A stretch of 64,000 bases of DNA, from positions 61,132,001-61,196,000 of the forward strand of contig OZ320314.1 in the NCBI GenBank assembly GCA_976226885.1, written 5' to 3'. A program made the translations under genes and the position numbers. This DNA comes from Iphione sp. A-MEVVRFRX5. Its lineage: Eukaryota. The notes beneath the pieces are model-generated. The model ran no database searches and was not told where the DNA came from. It was given only the letters and a program-made list of their open reading frames with translations. This document shows, piece after piece, positions 36,892 to 51,300 of the stretch (position 1 is its first letter; the number at the start of each line of letters is the position of its first letter).

Positions 36892-37057
36892 TATTAGAAT
36901 TTCTGTTGGTTATTGTAATTGTATAAATATATATATTTTTTTAATTTCTTTGAACGAGCTAACCAGCATAAGCCTATTAGTCTGGTTTTCAGTCAGGGCT
37001 GTAGGATACAATGTCATGAGACTGGAAAGCGGCAGCATCAGCTTCAGCTTCATTAGC

Positions 37058-37147
37058 CCGAAGATGCCTAGAGGCACTCTCATGGTGATTCCTGAAGATG
37101 CCTATAGGCACTTGCGTACTAGTGTACTGAAGATGGCTGGAGGCATC
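37058..37147. repeat. Three ~21-bp hairpin-containing repeats with unique 13-14-bp spacers
   Basis: ccgaagatgcctagaggcact (37058), ctgaagatgcctataggcact (37092), ctgaagatggctggaggcatc (37127). Confidence 0.7.
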
Positions 37148-37649
37148 GTTTGGAAGGTCGTCCCCACATTACTATCTATTATCTATGGAGATATTTGATA
37201 AAATTTTATAATATTATAATTTTGTTCAAAATTTACAGAAAGTGATGACAATTATTTTCACAGGAGAGAGAGTTACTGGTAGTCACATAAGATATGTATT
37301 TAAAGGGATATCTCTATGGAAAGTATCAGTCATTTTTCAAAACCCCTAGTCCTTTGGGAGGTCGTCTAGCTACACAGCCTGGTCCTATGGTGACCGTTGC
37401 TGATACCTGTTCCAGCCTTGAATGGGTTTGTGCTTCGATAATTGTATTCTCTATTTTGTTATTTAAGAATTGCTAATTGATAAGTGTAATGCTGGATAAT
37501 GTGGATGTGAGTACTTTGAGCTGAGTGTGGGGCTGAGCCAGTGCTCTGAATGTTGTGTAGAAGATCTTAAGTTTTGTTTAAAAAGTTAGGAATATTATTG
37601 ATATTGGTATATGATCTGTATTTAATTTAAAGCACATAGGTCTAATCCA

Positions 37650-39350
37650 CTGTGCCAAGGCATTATATATTCAGTAGTTTGAGATGGATGTAAACTTATC
37701 ATTCATTCATTTTATATTTCTGCATCATTTCATTACATCCCAATTGCTTAGTTGACTCTCGGTATGTAACGGGATGTACATACTTGTAGTATATTATTCC
37801 AGAGAAAATAAAGATTTAAAAAAAAATTACTAAATCTTTTCAAGCCAGATTACTTTAACCAGTAATATATCAGGATCACAGCTTCAAATAAGGTCAACTT
37901 TATTGGTTTCCCATCTAATTGATATGTCTGTTTGAAAGCTTTGGATGATGTTGTTAGTGTCATAGTGTAATGCACGTAATTTGAATTTGTTCCATCGGTT
38001 TATTATTCTGCAAAATGTGGCTTTAGAGATGTGTGTGGTTTATGCTTCGGTTGGAGTTTTGATTCTATTATGGCAAATGTCTCTTAATTCGTAGACCTGT
38101 TGGATGCTGAAATATTTTAGTATATATTCGGGGTGTATATTCTGAGAAATAGCTTGTCAACTTGTATTAGTAAGTGTATGTTGATTCGTTCTGTTACTTG
38201 CATCATGTTTGCCATGTTTTATGCTAATTATGTTGGTGCTCTGGTGTCTAATTGTAGTGCTCGCTTGATTCCTGTTTTACAGTCTTTGTATTTGTTTTAT
38301 ATATTTACTGGGTACTGTATATCATTTTATGTCTAGGTAGTCTATGTAGACGAGTGCAAGGAGTTATCGTTAATGTATTTGTTTATTATATTCAGTATTG
38401 TCAGAGTTATGGTCAATTTCTTAGTCGGGTGTGTTATGTGGATGATTTTAAAGGAGTTTGCGTGCAGATCCTGTTATACCAATTTGTTCTAGCTTAGCAG
38501 TTAACATCTTATGAGAAGCCGTGTCGAATGCCTTGGGTATGTCTAAGAAGAGAGCTACTGTATATTGTTTATTGTTGCTGTTAAGTCTTATGGAGTCTAC
38601 AATATGTTGTATCATGTACATGTATATTGTTGAAAGGTCTGTCCTGTAACCTCCTTGTTTGTCATTTAAGAGTCTATTGTTGTATGCATTATATGTCATG
38701 AACCTCTTGTGGTTGACGTTTTCAAGTAATTTGTGAGTGAATGGAAGTACTTATATCAGTCTATAATTTCTAGGCTGTTTTGTCCCCTCCCTTGTGCAGC
38801 GGGGTGATCGTTGCTGTTTTCCATGTAGTTGGTATCTGCTGTGTTTGTAGTAATTTTTGATTATGTTTGTTAGTGGTTATGCTATTGCTGGAATTAGTAT
38901 CAGTATATGCTTTGTTGGAATGCTTATACATCCACACCGTTTTATAGGTTCAAAATGGTCAAATTTAGAATTTATTGATGATACTTGTATTCTGTTGTTG
39001 ATTGGGTAATTTGTCTTGTGTATGGTTTCCAATTTCTGTGAGATGATCATTCAAAAAATTAGGTGTGCTGCCTTGCCTGTGATAAATGCCATGTATTTGT
39101 AATTTATCCATACTCAGATCTTCTGTTTTCTTACTTGGCAGTAGTGTTTTGAGTTCTTTCCAGTATCTGGTTGGGTCATGTTTGTACTGTTGTAGTTAGG
39201 ATGTTTGGCTTGTCTGATTTTGGTGTTAAGTGTGTCCCTGATTCGTCTTCCTTGTTGTAGTATGTCAGGTGCTTTGGTGGCTCTGTATTGCTTAAATAGT
39301 TTCTGTTTAGCTTTCCTAAGATCAGATATTTTTTGGTAATCCATTTGGGT
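37650..39350 (-). pseudogene. Degraded LINE ORF2 (CR1/L2-like)
   Basis: NDKQGGYRTDLST...ALFLDIPKAFDTASHKMLTAKLEQIGITG (38448-38699) and upstream KAKQKLFKQYR...IRQAK (39114-39344). Confidence 0.85.
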
Positions 39351-39559
39351 ATATTAGTAGAGATCTTCTTGAATTTGAAAGGTGGAAATGTCTAGTTTTA
39401 CTAAATTGGAACTTGGGTTTGATATTAATTATTTTCGTCTTTACGTAAGTCCAAAAATGATCACTTGTGGTTGATGCTGTTGTTCCAGATATTTGATACT
39501 TGCTGGGCTTGTTAACTAGAGTGAGACCGATACAAGTTCTTATCTTTTCTGTGATCCGT

Positions 39560-40260
39560 GTTGGCGTATTATATTTGTTCCATACTCAAATAATTTCCCA
39601 ATAACTAGCCTTTTTGAAATATCCCCGCACTTCTTGCAGTATGACTTATGCATCCCTATAGGTTCCTCTTCGTCCATACTTCACATTTTTCTATGTGTAT
39701 ATAAAAAAAATTCAGTAACATCCCTCTAGCTGCCTTATCAGCATCTATGAACTGATAGAATGCCATGCTATGGTTGTCTATCATCTGATACTATGGTACA
39801 TCTCCTGTATTGAAGGAAGTCTGTCTACCGGCGATGCATTCTTTAACACTTTACTTTGTATTGTTTGTATTTCAAGTTTACATGCACGTAAAACGCAATC
39901 CTTCAGACCAGTATTAACGCATTCTGTATATAGCCGATTGGACCATAATGAATATTGTCGGACAAAAATTCGTGCAATATCTCGACACGCTCTTCATCGA
40001 TCAATGTGTCTGTTATTCTCTATGTAGGTCGGTGTCGGTGTGGGAATATTGCTGGTATTGGTTTCTGTCAATTTGTGGCAATATTGATTTTTTCGAATCC
40101 ATTGTTGGTAATATAGGCAAGATATTTATCATGTTGGTATCGTGGAATCTGTTTGATCGATACTCTAAAGCCAACAGTTGTTCAGTATAGTGTAATTTGA
40201 TCTTATGTAATAAGTAGTGTGGCAGTTCCATGTACTCTTTAGGTACAGACACTAAAGAAC
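39560..40260 (-). pseudogene. Separate degraded LINE C-terminal fragment
   Basis: HYGPIGY and KLEIQTIQSKVLKNA phrases resembling the post-RT region of LINE ORF2. Confidence 0.4.
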
Positions 40261-40485
40261 TAAACGTCCATCGACCCTAGTACCAAACTCAGTGAATGAC
40301 ATGTTCAGTCTCATACAGCAGCATTTCACAACATGAAGGCATCAAAACCTATAAAATATAAAGTACTCTTTCAAAGGCAATATCACCAAACGGAAACTCA
40401 AGCTATCTTACAACTCATCTTTCACACCTTTATGTAACGATAGTTTTATCACAAGAACCTTCGGCGTTTGCACTGGTTGTATGCA

Positions 40486-40619
40486 NNNNNNNNNNNNNNN
40501 NNNNNNNNNNNNNNNNNNNNNNNNNNNNNNNNNNNNNNNNNNNNNNNNNNNNNNNNNNNNNNNNNNNNNNNNNNNNNNNNNNNNNNNNNNNNNNNNNNNN
40601 NNNNNNNNNNNNNNNNNNN
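40486..40619. other. Assembly gap (134 N)
   Basis: Run of N. Confidence 1.
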
Positions 40620-40999
40620 TAAACAGTAATTGCCCGTATACATGGAAAGTGGACCTGAGTTCTTAACAGGACAGGGTGCTTCTCCCACGGGGGTAGTACA
40701 GCCTCCGGATGCCGGGTAACCCAGATGTATATGTAGGACAATATCACTCCACCAACTGAAAAAAATGGTGCAGCTCTTCCCAAATATTTTCAGCCCATTT
40801 CCAGTAGCTGTTTTAAATAAGGGAGGGTAACAATGACCAGAGGTCAAGATACTAATTTCTATGGGCTTGATCTGTTATTGCTACTAAATTTCTGAAATCG
40901 TGTATCATTGTGTATTTCGTATCGAGTACACATTTCACAGGTTTGGTAACATCTGTCATGTCAGTATACAAGTATGAACAGGGGGTCAGGGTATGCCCA

Positions 41000-41330
41000 A
41001 TAACGTTTCACCAAGAATTCAAAGCATTCATAGCACTTAAAATTAGAAAATAACGCTTCTCCAACAATTGTTTTTTGGATAGCCCTTCATCAGAAATTCG
41101 TCTATAACATTTAGCGTTAAATTTAGGAGTCAAATAGCAGTTAGCAGCGAAATGAAAAGGCTAATAGCGCTTCACCAGAATAGTTGACGCCCCCTGTGTA
41201 TATAGTTAGAATAGGATAGGTCCTGATACTGACCCTTATGATACTCCAGACACGGTGAGCTTGTATCTATAGGTAATATTGCTGACTAATATTTTTTGTG
41301 TCACAGTTATTCAAAACTTGGACAGTTATT
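41000..41330 (-). pseudogene. Degraded LINE RT fragment
   Basis: Minus strand reads VSGVS*GSVSGPILF*LYT (decayed SGVPQGSVLGPILFLLY). Confidence 0.6.
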
Positions 41331-44177
41331 TTATTAGGCCTAATTTGTATGTGTGAATATGTAGACATGTATGTATACATGTATATATGTATGCGGCTCT
41401 CTGCACCTCCCGACTGGAGGGATAAACCTAAACGTAAAGATAACGGTACATTGTCACGAGCAGTTCAGGAATGATTTTTTACAACTATTTTCATAGAATG
41501 ATAGGCCTTTATTCTATAACGTTGATAGTTTTAGTATCAACGGCATCACCAGCTGGGCCTAGATTTCCAACAGAAAAGATTTTCCATAACATTATCGTTT
41601 TTCCTGCGGAGTCAAGACGTTTCCTTTCCTTAAGTTCAACACGAGAAAGCAAGATAAGAGAAAACTGTATGCAATTTTCACTTTTAACCGTTGTCATTTT
41701 GGAACAAGCTAATACTTTGTAATGATATCATGCTGACCTCATGGGTTTTCTTTTGATGTGGCTAACTTTTCACCGCCGGCGCCTCAGTATTGTTTTCACA
41801 TTCAAACAGTACCATTGTTAGTAAATCTAGAGTAAATGTTCATGTGCTGAGTTGGCTGAGTAGGGATGTTTAATAGTAATAATGGAGAACAGATGCAGAG
41901 CAACACTTGATATACAGCTCTTTCAATGTATCCTTAATTATGAAGAAAATAACATGATATTCATACACTGCATTGGTATTGTTATATGTAATGTTCATGG
42001 AGAATAAAATTAATTACCTTTTGCCTTCTGTTAAAAGAATCAACAACCTGCATTGGTACGTAGTACAGGGAACGATCACACGCCTTTTAGTATTAGACAA
42101 AGTGTGCAGGCCGACTGAAAGAGGGTGCTGATGTCGTGCACTGAAGAATTCAATATAAAAAACTAATTTATGTACACATATATATATCTACAGTAACTTT
42201 TACTAGCATCTGATGTAACCGCAAATTCCTCATCTCTTGCCTTCCCGTGTGACGGCGTGGAGAGGGAATGGCGCCCCAAATATTCTATTATTAACAAAGT
42301 GTGACCCATATCTTCTCTGTTCAGACAGGTAGACAAGAGCAGTTCGTTGTTTACGTTTTAAGGAACAATGAAGTATGGTGTTATCCAATTACTCAATATC
42401 GACTTTCTAGATCCAATTACAAAGAAGCCTTCCCTGCAGATGATGGGTCGGGCGAAGGGGGCTGCGTATTGGTACTAAACGTCGATAATCTGTAAGCAAC
42501 AGCTGTCACCTTACATATCAAAGAAACAGCAGTACAGAAAAGTGGATCAGATCTGACAAGACAGGCTCGTTAGTATGATACATCAGGGAAGCCGCTGCCC
42601 GATGGGCAACATTACGATCTGTTTTACTTCCTCTTATTCCGATGTGTATCACCGTTGCACGCATAGCAATCTAAATCTGGTAGCGGGCGCAGGCCCGTAT
42701 TCCTGTAAAACTATCTTTTTTTCTTTATAAAAAAACATATGTATATATATACACACAAAGAGAAAGTTTACGAAGCATGGTGGTACACAGATAAACACAA
42801 GTGTCCAGTAAACACTGCTCGAGTCTGTACAATGGACGTACTCAGTGGATATCCATCTACTGTTGCAATTTAGGTTCTGTTCTATACCTTAGATGAAAGA
42901 AAAGTGAATTACATTTTTAGTGTATCATACGTTATCTTCACAGCTACATATCCCCATGCATTAGAACCGCAAGAAGCATGCACAGGTCTGAAATTTAATG
43001 CCCGTCTCTAGGTACATGTATGAAATAGTACACAAGATGTACGACTACACCCAAATCTTACTACGGGGGTGTGTTACGTTTTTAGGAATTCTTGATTGAG
43101 TGCACGATTTGATTTTATCTCCTGGCACCCGCATGAGTCATTCATGGTACACTTGTCTGGAACGTCAGCACAAAAATGCACTGGGGTCACTGTTCGATTT
43201 TGACTTTATTACCAACAGTTCTTTCTTCACTAATATTCCTCACTACCTGGGTATTTTTGAACGCACTCCCCGTATCATTACTGCTAGCTAGCTTCACATT
43301 CATCTCGTACAATTACATATGAAGTTTTGCCACTGATATTTGAATGTACAGTTGACCCAATCCAGGTACACAATAAAGACATCCACAAAGTAATTCAGAG
43401 AAATGACTTCGGTTTTATTGCAAAAAGCATACATGTATATCATTTAGAGATTTCATAAAAAAAAGACTCAATGGTCAAAGGATTAAGCCTTTTTATACAA
43501 TAGGGTTTCACATGATTAAACCTTAAGTATCATAAAAGGTGATTCAAAGTAATATTTAAGATGTAATAGATTAAGGAGGCCAAATAATGCTCCAAGGGAA
43601 GCATATAAATCCAGTTAAGGTATACGCCTCTCAAGATAAGGGATATTCAGGTATCTAGACTTAAATCTAGACAGTCAAATGCAACATCAGTCTATTGACG
43701 CTATCAGGAGAAACGGTGGAGAAGTACAGTGAAACGTCAGGCTGCTGATGTCCGGCAGGTTCATACTGCTAAAAGGAAATGTGGAGAAGTATTGGACATT
43801 CTTATCTTACCACTGCGTTTTCTTTAATATGTGTCAGTAGACTGATCGCATAACCTCAGACAACTATTTTGTATGTTTGCAGCAGCGAAGATTCTGTTTC
43901 CGGACTCAGCTTATAGTTTCATCACATGCTTGATCGGTTCTTATTCAGAAGGCATTTGAAACATACAGACAGAATATGTGACAGTGGCCTAATGAATAGA
44001 ATGGCAGGACCGCAGGTAGTAAATGTATATGATACCCACAGAGATGTCAATCTATGTCGGTCTCAAAGACAACGGAAAAGGTCGCTCGATAGATTCATTA
44101 CTGTCACAATTGTCATGTGAACTGAACTAAATCATTTTGTCCTTCTGTCTAGAGTGAAGTTGATGTCGAGTTGTGGT

Positions 44178-44270
44178 GACCTATAAAGTCTTTTTTTTTT
44201 TTTTTTTTTTTTGCAATTTAGGTCCACTGACACAGACAGCTGTTTAACGTTTTTCGACCTATAAAGTCTT
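44178..44270 (-). mobile_element. Tiny poly(A)-tailed retro-insertion with 15-bp target-site duplication
   Basis: gacctataaagtctt at 44178-44192 and 44256-44270 flank about T20 plus a 43-nt body (44213-44255). Confidence 0.88.
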
Positions 44271-45884
44271 GAGTAGATGATCTGGACTAAGATGATATGC
44301 ATTAACAAAAAGTCCATAATCAAATAGCTGCTATAAGCTCTATTAGTATCAAGTGCTTTGTCATGTCTTTTACAAACTCCATTGGTAGTGTAACCATGTA
44401 TTCCAGTGTACTGAATACAACTACAGAGAAATCTCTGCTTGCGGTCATCATTGGAAGTCATATCCACTTCTAGTGCTGATAAACGTAGTCAACAACCACT
44501 CCCCCCCCCCATCTCAGGTCAAGACTAAAGGAAGACTGTCTAACATAGATGATGGGAAATATTTTCAAATTTGCATACAAAAACTGGTTTGGCCAGAATT
44601 CCTTGTGATCGGCACAAAAACAACACACAGTTTTAACAGATTTGGGCAGAAACTTTGTGTTTGGCACAAAAAACACACAGTTTTAACAAAATTGTGAGAA
44701 TTCTTTGGGACAGAGACAAGGTGCCCTTCACCCATTCTTGTCTCTACAGTGATATCAACCCTTCGTTTCCAGCCATGACCTTTAGAGCCCAATCCTCCTC
44801 TATTAATTACTATCGTCTCTACAATGCAACAACCTCTTGAATAACGTCATCAAATGTCAACCTCATAAGTTGATGAAGAGATTTCATTGTATTATGAAGT
44901 GCTGTTCCACCAACTCTGTATGAAATTAACATTTACTACTAAACAGAAACTGACAAAATTATTTTGTCTACTAAACCTGAACCCTTTAGACTCCTCTGAA
45001 TATCTTCACAGTGTTGTCTGGCATCATTTTTCTCTTGTGACATTAAATCCAAAAGTTACCAAAATCGTTAGAATAATTAAGATGTCAACTTTGCTCTCAC
45101 CTGCATCGTGTACATTTACATGTATTTATATATAATTTTACATAGAATGTTATTTCCCACTACCTTTTGAAGGTCACGAAGGGCAGGTATACAGTTGAAA
45201 ATGTCGTCTGTTACTGGTCCAATACAAGAAGCAACTCTGCTTACAACTGAACCTGTGTGAAACATACAGGCAAAAACAAAATTAAGGCCAAGAGCTACAG
45301 GTGGCTCAAAAATAAATAGACAAGGAATTTTCTTATAACTTCTCAGATTTCTTCTATGCACCATTTGTAATTCAAATATGGAAAAAAAAAGTTGGGGTAT
45401 CAAGACTCATTTATCCAGCAGTGATGATCAAAGGGATGCTCCCCTTACTATTGAAGTCAATGGCAGAGGAGCAAAAAAGGATTCATTCTGGAGACAATTC
45501 ATGTCATAAGTTCCAAACCTGACAAACAATTTCTGTCAAAAATTATATTTAGCCTTATATATATATATTATTCAAGATAGAAACATAAAAATATTTGCTT
45601 TCAAGGTTACTTTCTCCACAAACTGAGCTGAAAAGTGTAGAACTAGAAATTTTTGTAATAGGCTCAATACTACAGAATTTGTCATTTTTTGACACATTTT
45701 ATGCTGTAAGTCTAGAAACTGACATACAATTTATGTAAAATTCTACATTTAAACCTCCATAGCTATTATCATCAATATTAAAGCAAACAAATGTATATTT
45801 TGTGTTCTATTTACTCTACAAAATGCTTCCAAAGTAAGGACACCACTCCCTGATGAAGTTAGCTCCCAACCAAGTGAGAAGGTA

Positions 45885-45962
45885 GGGAGAGAGAGGGAGG
45901 GAGTGAGGGAGGAGGGTGAGAGAGAGATAGAGAGACACACAGAGGCAGAGACAGAGACAGAG
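45885..45962. repeat. GA-rich degenerate microsatellite
   Basis: ggagagagagggagg...acagagacagag. Confidence 0.8.
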
Positions 45963-47782
45963 CACACTGTAGGTCTAGTTTCAGCTTTATTCACCAAGGT
46001 GCATATCAGTTCATAAAATCGCCACTAGGTGCCTGCCGCTCTCGCCCTTAAGTTGTTGCAATGCCGTCAGTAGAACATGCATATTGTTATCCGTAGGTAA
46101 CAGTGGTACAATGTAGTAGTCTTGGAACTCTACTTCGCGGTCTCTCTGCCAAGAAGCAGTAGGTGTTACAGCCTATCTGTCAAGGAAGACAGTGCAGCAG
46201 GCAGTGCAGCATTCTACATACGCCATATTGTTGACACTGCAGTCTTGGGTATCATAATTTTTAAGACCTTTACTTCATAGCTTTCTTCCATTGCTGTATT
46301 TTTGGAAAATGTTGAATTTATTCATCACGTAGATTATGCTAGTTTTTATAGCTAGGGTACTTTTCTGGCATACCTGCAACCTTCTGTGCTACAAGAGAAG
46401 ACTCAGCAGAGTCTGTGTTACCTTGCGCTGGAAACTACAAAATTAACAGTTACTGGATTATTAATTTACACTATGGCACTGTAAGGTACAGGTAATTTTC
46501 TACTGATGAGCGACTAGGCTATACATTCTTCCCTATGGTCATCGTGATTGGCGTTAGTGGTGTCTCTTAGAACGATGAAGCTGCGGTCTCCTGCGTCGTG
46601 AATTTGGGCTGTCTCCAGATTTTCTTCATAAATTCACTCGTAAAAAATGTTCAAAGCATCTGTTCCACTTCACTTAAGAACTCTTCATTGACCGTCGCAA
46701 ACGAGTCCTCTTGGGAGCAACTGCTGGCTTGTTAGGACTGGGTAACAAAAACGATAGTTATTATTGAAACCCACTTCATGCTGACAGCAACTGCTTTTCA
46801 ATATCGCTCAGCAGCCTGCACGTTTTATCCTCTTGTCGGGTCGCCTAGATTATGATCTCCCTTCAAAGCCTGCTTGGTGCAGCGGAAAGCCCATCGCTTT
46901 GATTTTGCTCGGCGACCTAGGAAGAGCGACCGAGGGCTGGCATTGATGCGTTGATCGACATAGTGACTTCATCCAAAACAGATCATCACCCCCCCCGGTC
47001 CCCCCTTCTGTTTCAAGCGGGAGGCAAGTCATTTTGGTCTGATGCTATCACTGAGGGGAACGACGGTGATTGCCGTTACCGTCCAGATTGACGTTCCCCT
47101 TCACTCCATCATTTTATACACTGCTCAATGGCTCGATGTTGTATCGTCCGGAGACGGTCGTCAGGGACCACCCCTCTTCCATATGTACTAAGCTCTCCTG
47201 AGCACCTTGACAATGAAGGTGTGTGGACAATTTACAGGATATGATTTCCATTTAAAATATTGCTGTCTCCTCGCGAACCAGACGTGTATGATCACATCGA
47301 TCTCATAGCCAGATTTTAATTACTATTTCTACATAGAATCAGTCTCATGTTTTGGTAACATCAATACCGGCTTCTGTTTCATAAAAACACATAATCCCTA
47401 TGTAAGGACACATTTCGTGCCTTGTGATTTCTACATTTGATTACCATATGGCCCCGACAGATGCCGAGGAGCAAGTCGAGATATAAAATTACTTCTTCCG
47501 GGGACAGCCACACAGTAATCTTCTACTTCCCGCCTACTTATTTCTCAAGGTCATAAAATGTTTCATTCGCTAATATCCATGAGGCAGCTGTTCTAGAATC
47601 ATATATTTTACACAGATATACTTTGTTGAAGCCCCATATTTTTCAGGATTTAGGGTTGTTTTTGTAACCATATCCTCTCTTGATTACTGGTAGATGCCTT
47701 GAAGAAGACTCAGTCAATTCATAAGTATTAAGTACTTACCACAGACTCCAAATCGTACAGCTTTCCCTATTCACAGTCATGA

Positions 47783-48075
47783 GGCCTACTAGAAAAATAT
47801 CTGTTTCCAGTAACCGACCAACCCTGTTTTCTATCCTAATGGTACTTTTAATTTTGTTTTGTGAATATCATTAGACTGAATAAGGATAGACACTTATGCA
47901 ATACACTATTTTCTTCCTTTTGATCTTAGCTTTCATATGATAATTTCAATACAATCTAAGCTGTATAAGTTATAGTACTAGGCCTCAGAAGTACTTTCTC
48001 ACTTTTGACCCTGATATTTGTGTGGGTAAAAAAACTGACCCTACAATTTTTCAACATGTTACTGGAAAGATTCGT
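47783..48075. mobile_element. Second, truncated copy of the 14758 Harbinger-type MITE family
   Basis: Shares gtttccagtaac(c)cgaccaaccct, gaata.cat.aga.tgaata, tagctttcat.tga and aatctaag blocks in the same order; right end gttactggaa. Confidence 0.65.
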
Positions 48076-48208
48076 TTCCCGAATGGGGGTCTATTTCACC
48101 TAAAGTTGTCTGGATATGGAGATCGTTTGGGTATGGAAGCAAGCCCACTCACACCTCCTTGTGGGGAAAACTTGTATAATACAAAATATAGTAAAGTATG
48201 CATTGTCC

Positions 48209-48375
48209 GATGTTCTCAGACCCTAATCCAATACTAAACCTTTGTTGTTTCAGTAATTGTCACCCTTGATACACCCTAAGCCATTCTCTCTGATGTCCTC
48301 AGGCCCTAATCCAGTTCTAAACCTTTGTTATTTCAATGATTATTGGGCTTTGTACACTCTCAGCCATGTCAATCA
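48209..48375. repeat. Diverged ~83-bp tandem duplication
   Basis: gatgt.ctcag.ccctaatcca...ctaaacctttgtt.tttca at 48209 and 48292. Confidence 0.75.
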
Positions 48376-51300
48376 TCTGAAAACAGAGTATCAATTATCT
48401 TGGTAGATTACAATATCAAGCGTTCATGTTCATTAATGGAAACGTACGGGAACAGTATTAAATGATAATATGAAAGGTTGGTTGCACCTCTGACCATTCG
48501 GATATAAAGATCATTCAAGTATGGAGTGTTTGGAAAGAGCGGGACAAATGTATACATTTTTTGTGGGGAGGGCCTGGGCTGCACAGAATGTATGTTAGCG
48601 GTATTAACATTTATAGCCCTGCGTTTTACCATAGGGTCCAGCTTATTTAGTGATTCTTGACAAAATTTTATGGCAATAAAGTATTATCAGTGCAAGAGGG
48701 TTGACCTTTCTTTTGTAGAATACATACAGTATTAAGCTGAGTGTGTGTGTCTGTATGTGATAAATTTGTTTTTCGACGTAACGTCATGTCTTATTAAGAA
48801 AACAAATACCGTGTTAGAACTTTCCTCTAAATGCAATATACATGTATTTTTAACGTTAGCCGACTACGTTTCAGTGTTTTCATGACTAACATTCATCATA
48901 TACATGCGGTACTCTCCATGTAAGATTTTTCTTGGAGAGTTTTATACACATATGGTTTCAACTAGTATGTCTTGAGGCTGCAACAGATGAGATACAGATC
49001 TGGCGCCTCCTAGTGAAAGACCTCCAGGAACATAATAAAACAGCTCGATGTAATTGCTCTCATAATTGATCCGTAATTCTCCACTACAGTAGAATGTTTT
49101 TTCAGTTTCAATTGCGATACCATGCACAAAGCCAATAGGGCTGTAATGTGAAGAATATTAGTTTTAAGCTTGACAATGCTAAAGACGTACAATTATCTTT
49201 CATTGAATGTTCACTGTATAAATTTGCATGTCAAAATCTCCCAATGGCACCCTCTACAGCTTTACTTCTTATGCCTATATATGAATTGGTAGGATGAAGC
49301 CAAGATGGAGAGATAATCAGCCTTAGTATAATCCGAAATCATTAACCCTACATAATAGAGTAGGAGGTTGTCCTTAGCTTGTGTCAGACTTGCTTTAAAT
49401 TAACTCAATTGCTTATTCTGTCTGTAATGTGTACGCAATATTTTGCATTTTGCACAGCACATAGGCAGCAGTACTTACAGCTTGGACATTTATATAACGT
49501 CGACGTTTGCAAACATTAGGATTGCAAATCTAGCGGCTAATTTTTGGCAGAATTAGATGGAAAGAAGCTCCTTGAAATGCATGTTGTCGTTTCGTGTTTT
49601 GCGTTATCTTCTGTGTATGCTCATATCGCCCTGTTTGCTTTTTCTTTCGTGCAACCAGTCTTACTGGCATGCATACCAGATTCCCTGATGATGGACCTAG
49701 GCGTGTCTGTTTCGACCACCCCACCCTATCTGCTCGGAAAGAATAGCTTAACTCTGTTACATAGACAGACACAATTGCAAGTGCACCCGTTCTTGCACGC
49801 AACAACAACCTCGGCTTTTTCACCACAGGGTGAGGCATGATGGTCGGTTTGAAATCCGTTCCAATTGTAGTTTTCCAGCACTATCGAGCTTTGTAGAGGC
49901 AACACGGCCTCCTGTGGGATGCCAAATGGAAACGAGCAGGCTGGTGTGGAGGGTGGCTATTGACTGTGCAGTGTTCCTGAGCTTTGTCGGACTCCTATAC
50001 TCGCACACCAGAACCAGCTGACGTAATCCAATGATAAATCGACCCATTGATCAAGCACCGCTGCCGAAGAGGGACTGCAGAATGGGTGCTTATATCCCAG
50101 GGCGGTATGTTCAACACTCCCTGAAGGCTGCAATGGGTGGGTGGCCGGCGCAAGGGTACGGCTGCGGTCTGAGATCTTATGGGGCATAAGCAGGGCGAGA
50201 ATGGCGGACGGAGGAGGGGGCGTCCCAGTGCAGCGGGGTACAAGTGGTGGGGGCTAACCCTTAGGCGATTCTTCTTCAAATCCGTTTGAACTAGAGCAGC
50301 AGACATGGCAAATAGCCATACACATGACCTAGCACGAACATATGGTGTTACGCATGATAATCTTTCACCAGAAGAGACGGACCTCCACTCCCATCCATGG
50401 CTCTAATGCAAATATACATGTACATGTAACATTCCCGTAAGATTGCATGACGATAATATAATTTCTGTGGTAACGTCTCTCAAAAATCGATGAATGCTAC
50501 AGTTTCGCTGATCTCATTGTCAGTTCAATGAAATAATCATCTATGCCCATTCACTGGCTCCTCTTGCAATTTTCCAGAGCAAGTATTCCGCACTATGATT
50601 TAGTTTTGCTGCCATTTTGATGGCAAGTTTCACAGACGGTTGTGGAGGCGGGGGAATGGCGGACTGGATCAATGTGCTAAAGGTGTCCTGTGTGCCATAA
50701 CAGGCAGCTTGTGTTGAGTTGCTCCCGGGGTAGGGATGAACCACTCGAAGCCCGGTGAATGTTGAAGTGCGGACCCCGGTGTTTGCTCAGGACGCCAACC
50801 GCCCACTAATCCTACGTGGGGCCCACTTGGTCCGGGGGCACTGGTTGCCCAGGAGAAGACGTCCATCACAGCTGGGACCCTGACGGAGTGTGTCCACCAT
50901 TTGCCTCTACCCGTTCACAGTGCTCTTTCTTCATCGGTTGGTTCTAAGTTGTTTTATTCTTAGATGGCGGGAATCTCCCAAGATACCGTTCCCCAACGAT
51001 TGTAGATTGGCCCTTTAGGAACAGAATGAAGTTCTCCGAAGGGTCATTTACACAGCAGCACAATACAGAAGAAATCAAATGGACTACTTAAAGGGCAGAG
51101 TTGATGAATGAGCGAGTAGTGAATTCTCTCGCATGCGATTGGTCTTTTTATATTCTTCACGGGCAACTTGTAATTACCGTACCAACTAACCTAGTTTTTT
51201 CAACGATTAATGTCTACAGCAGAATTTTAGTCTTCATTCTCGTACTGTTCATCACTTCACTTTAAGAAGCAGAGGTTTCATATCATCCAATAAATAAATT

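Noticed and set aside
40430-40847. ORFs spanning the N run
   Set aside because: Artefacts of the assembly gap.
41060-41100. CTGATGA-containing motif on the minus strand
   Set aside because: Lacks GAAA and stem I; lies within a LINE remnant.
45164-45252. Possible 89-bp minus-strand exon (GSVVSRVASCIGPVTDDIFNCIPALRDLQK)
   Set aside because: Weak donor; neighbouring protein-like segments cannot be joined in phase.
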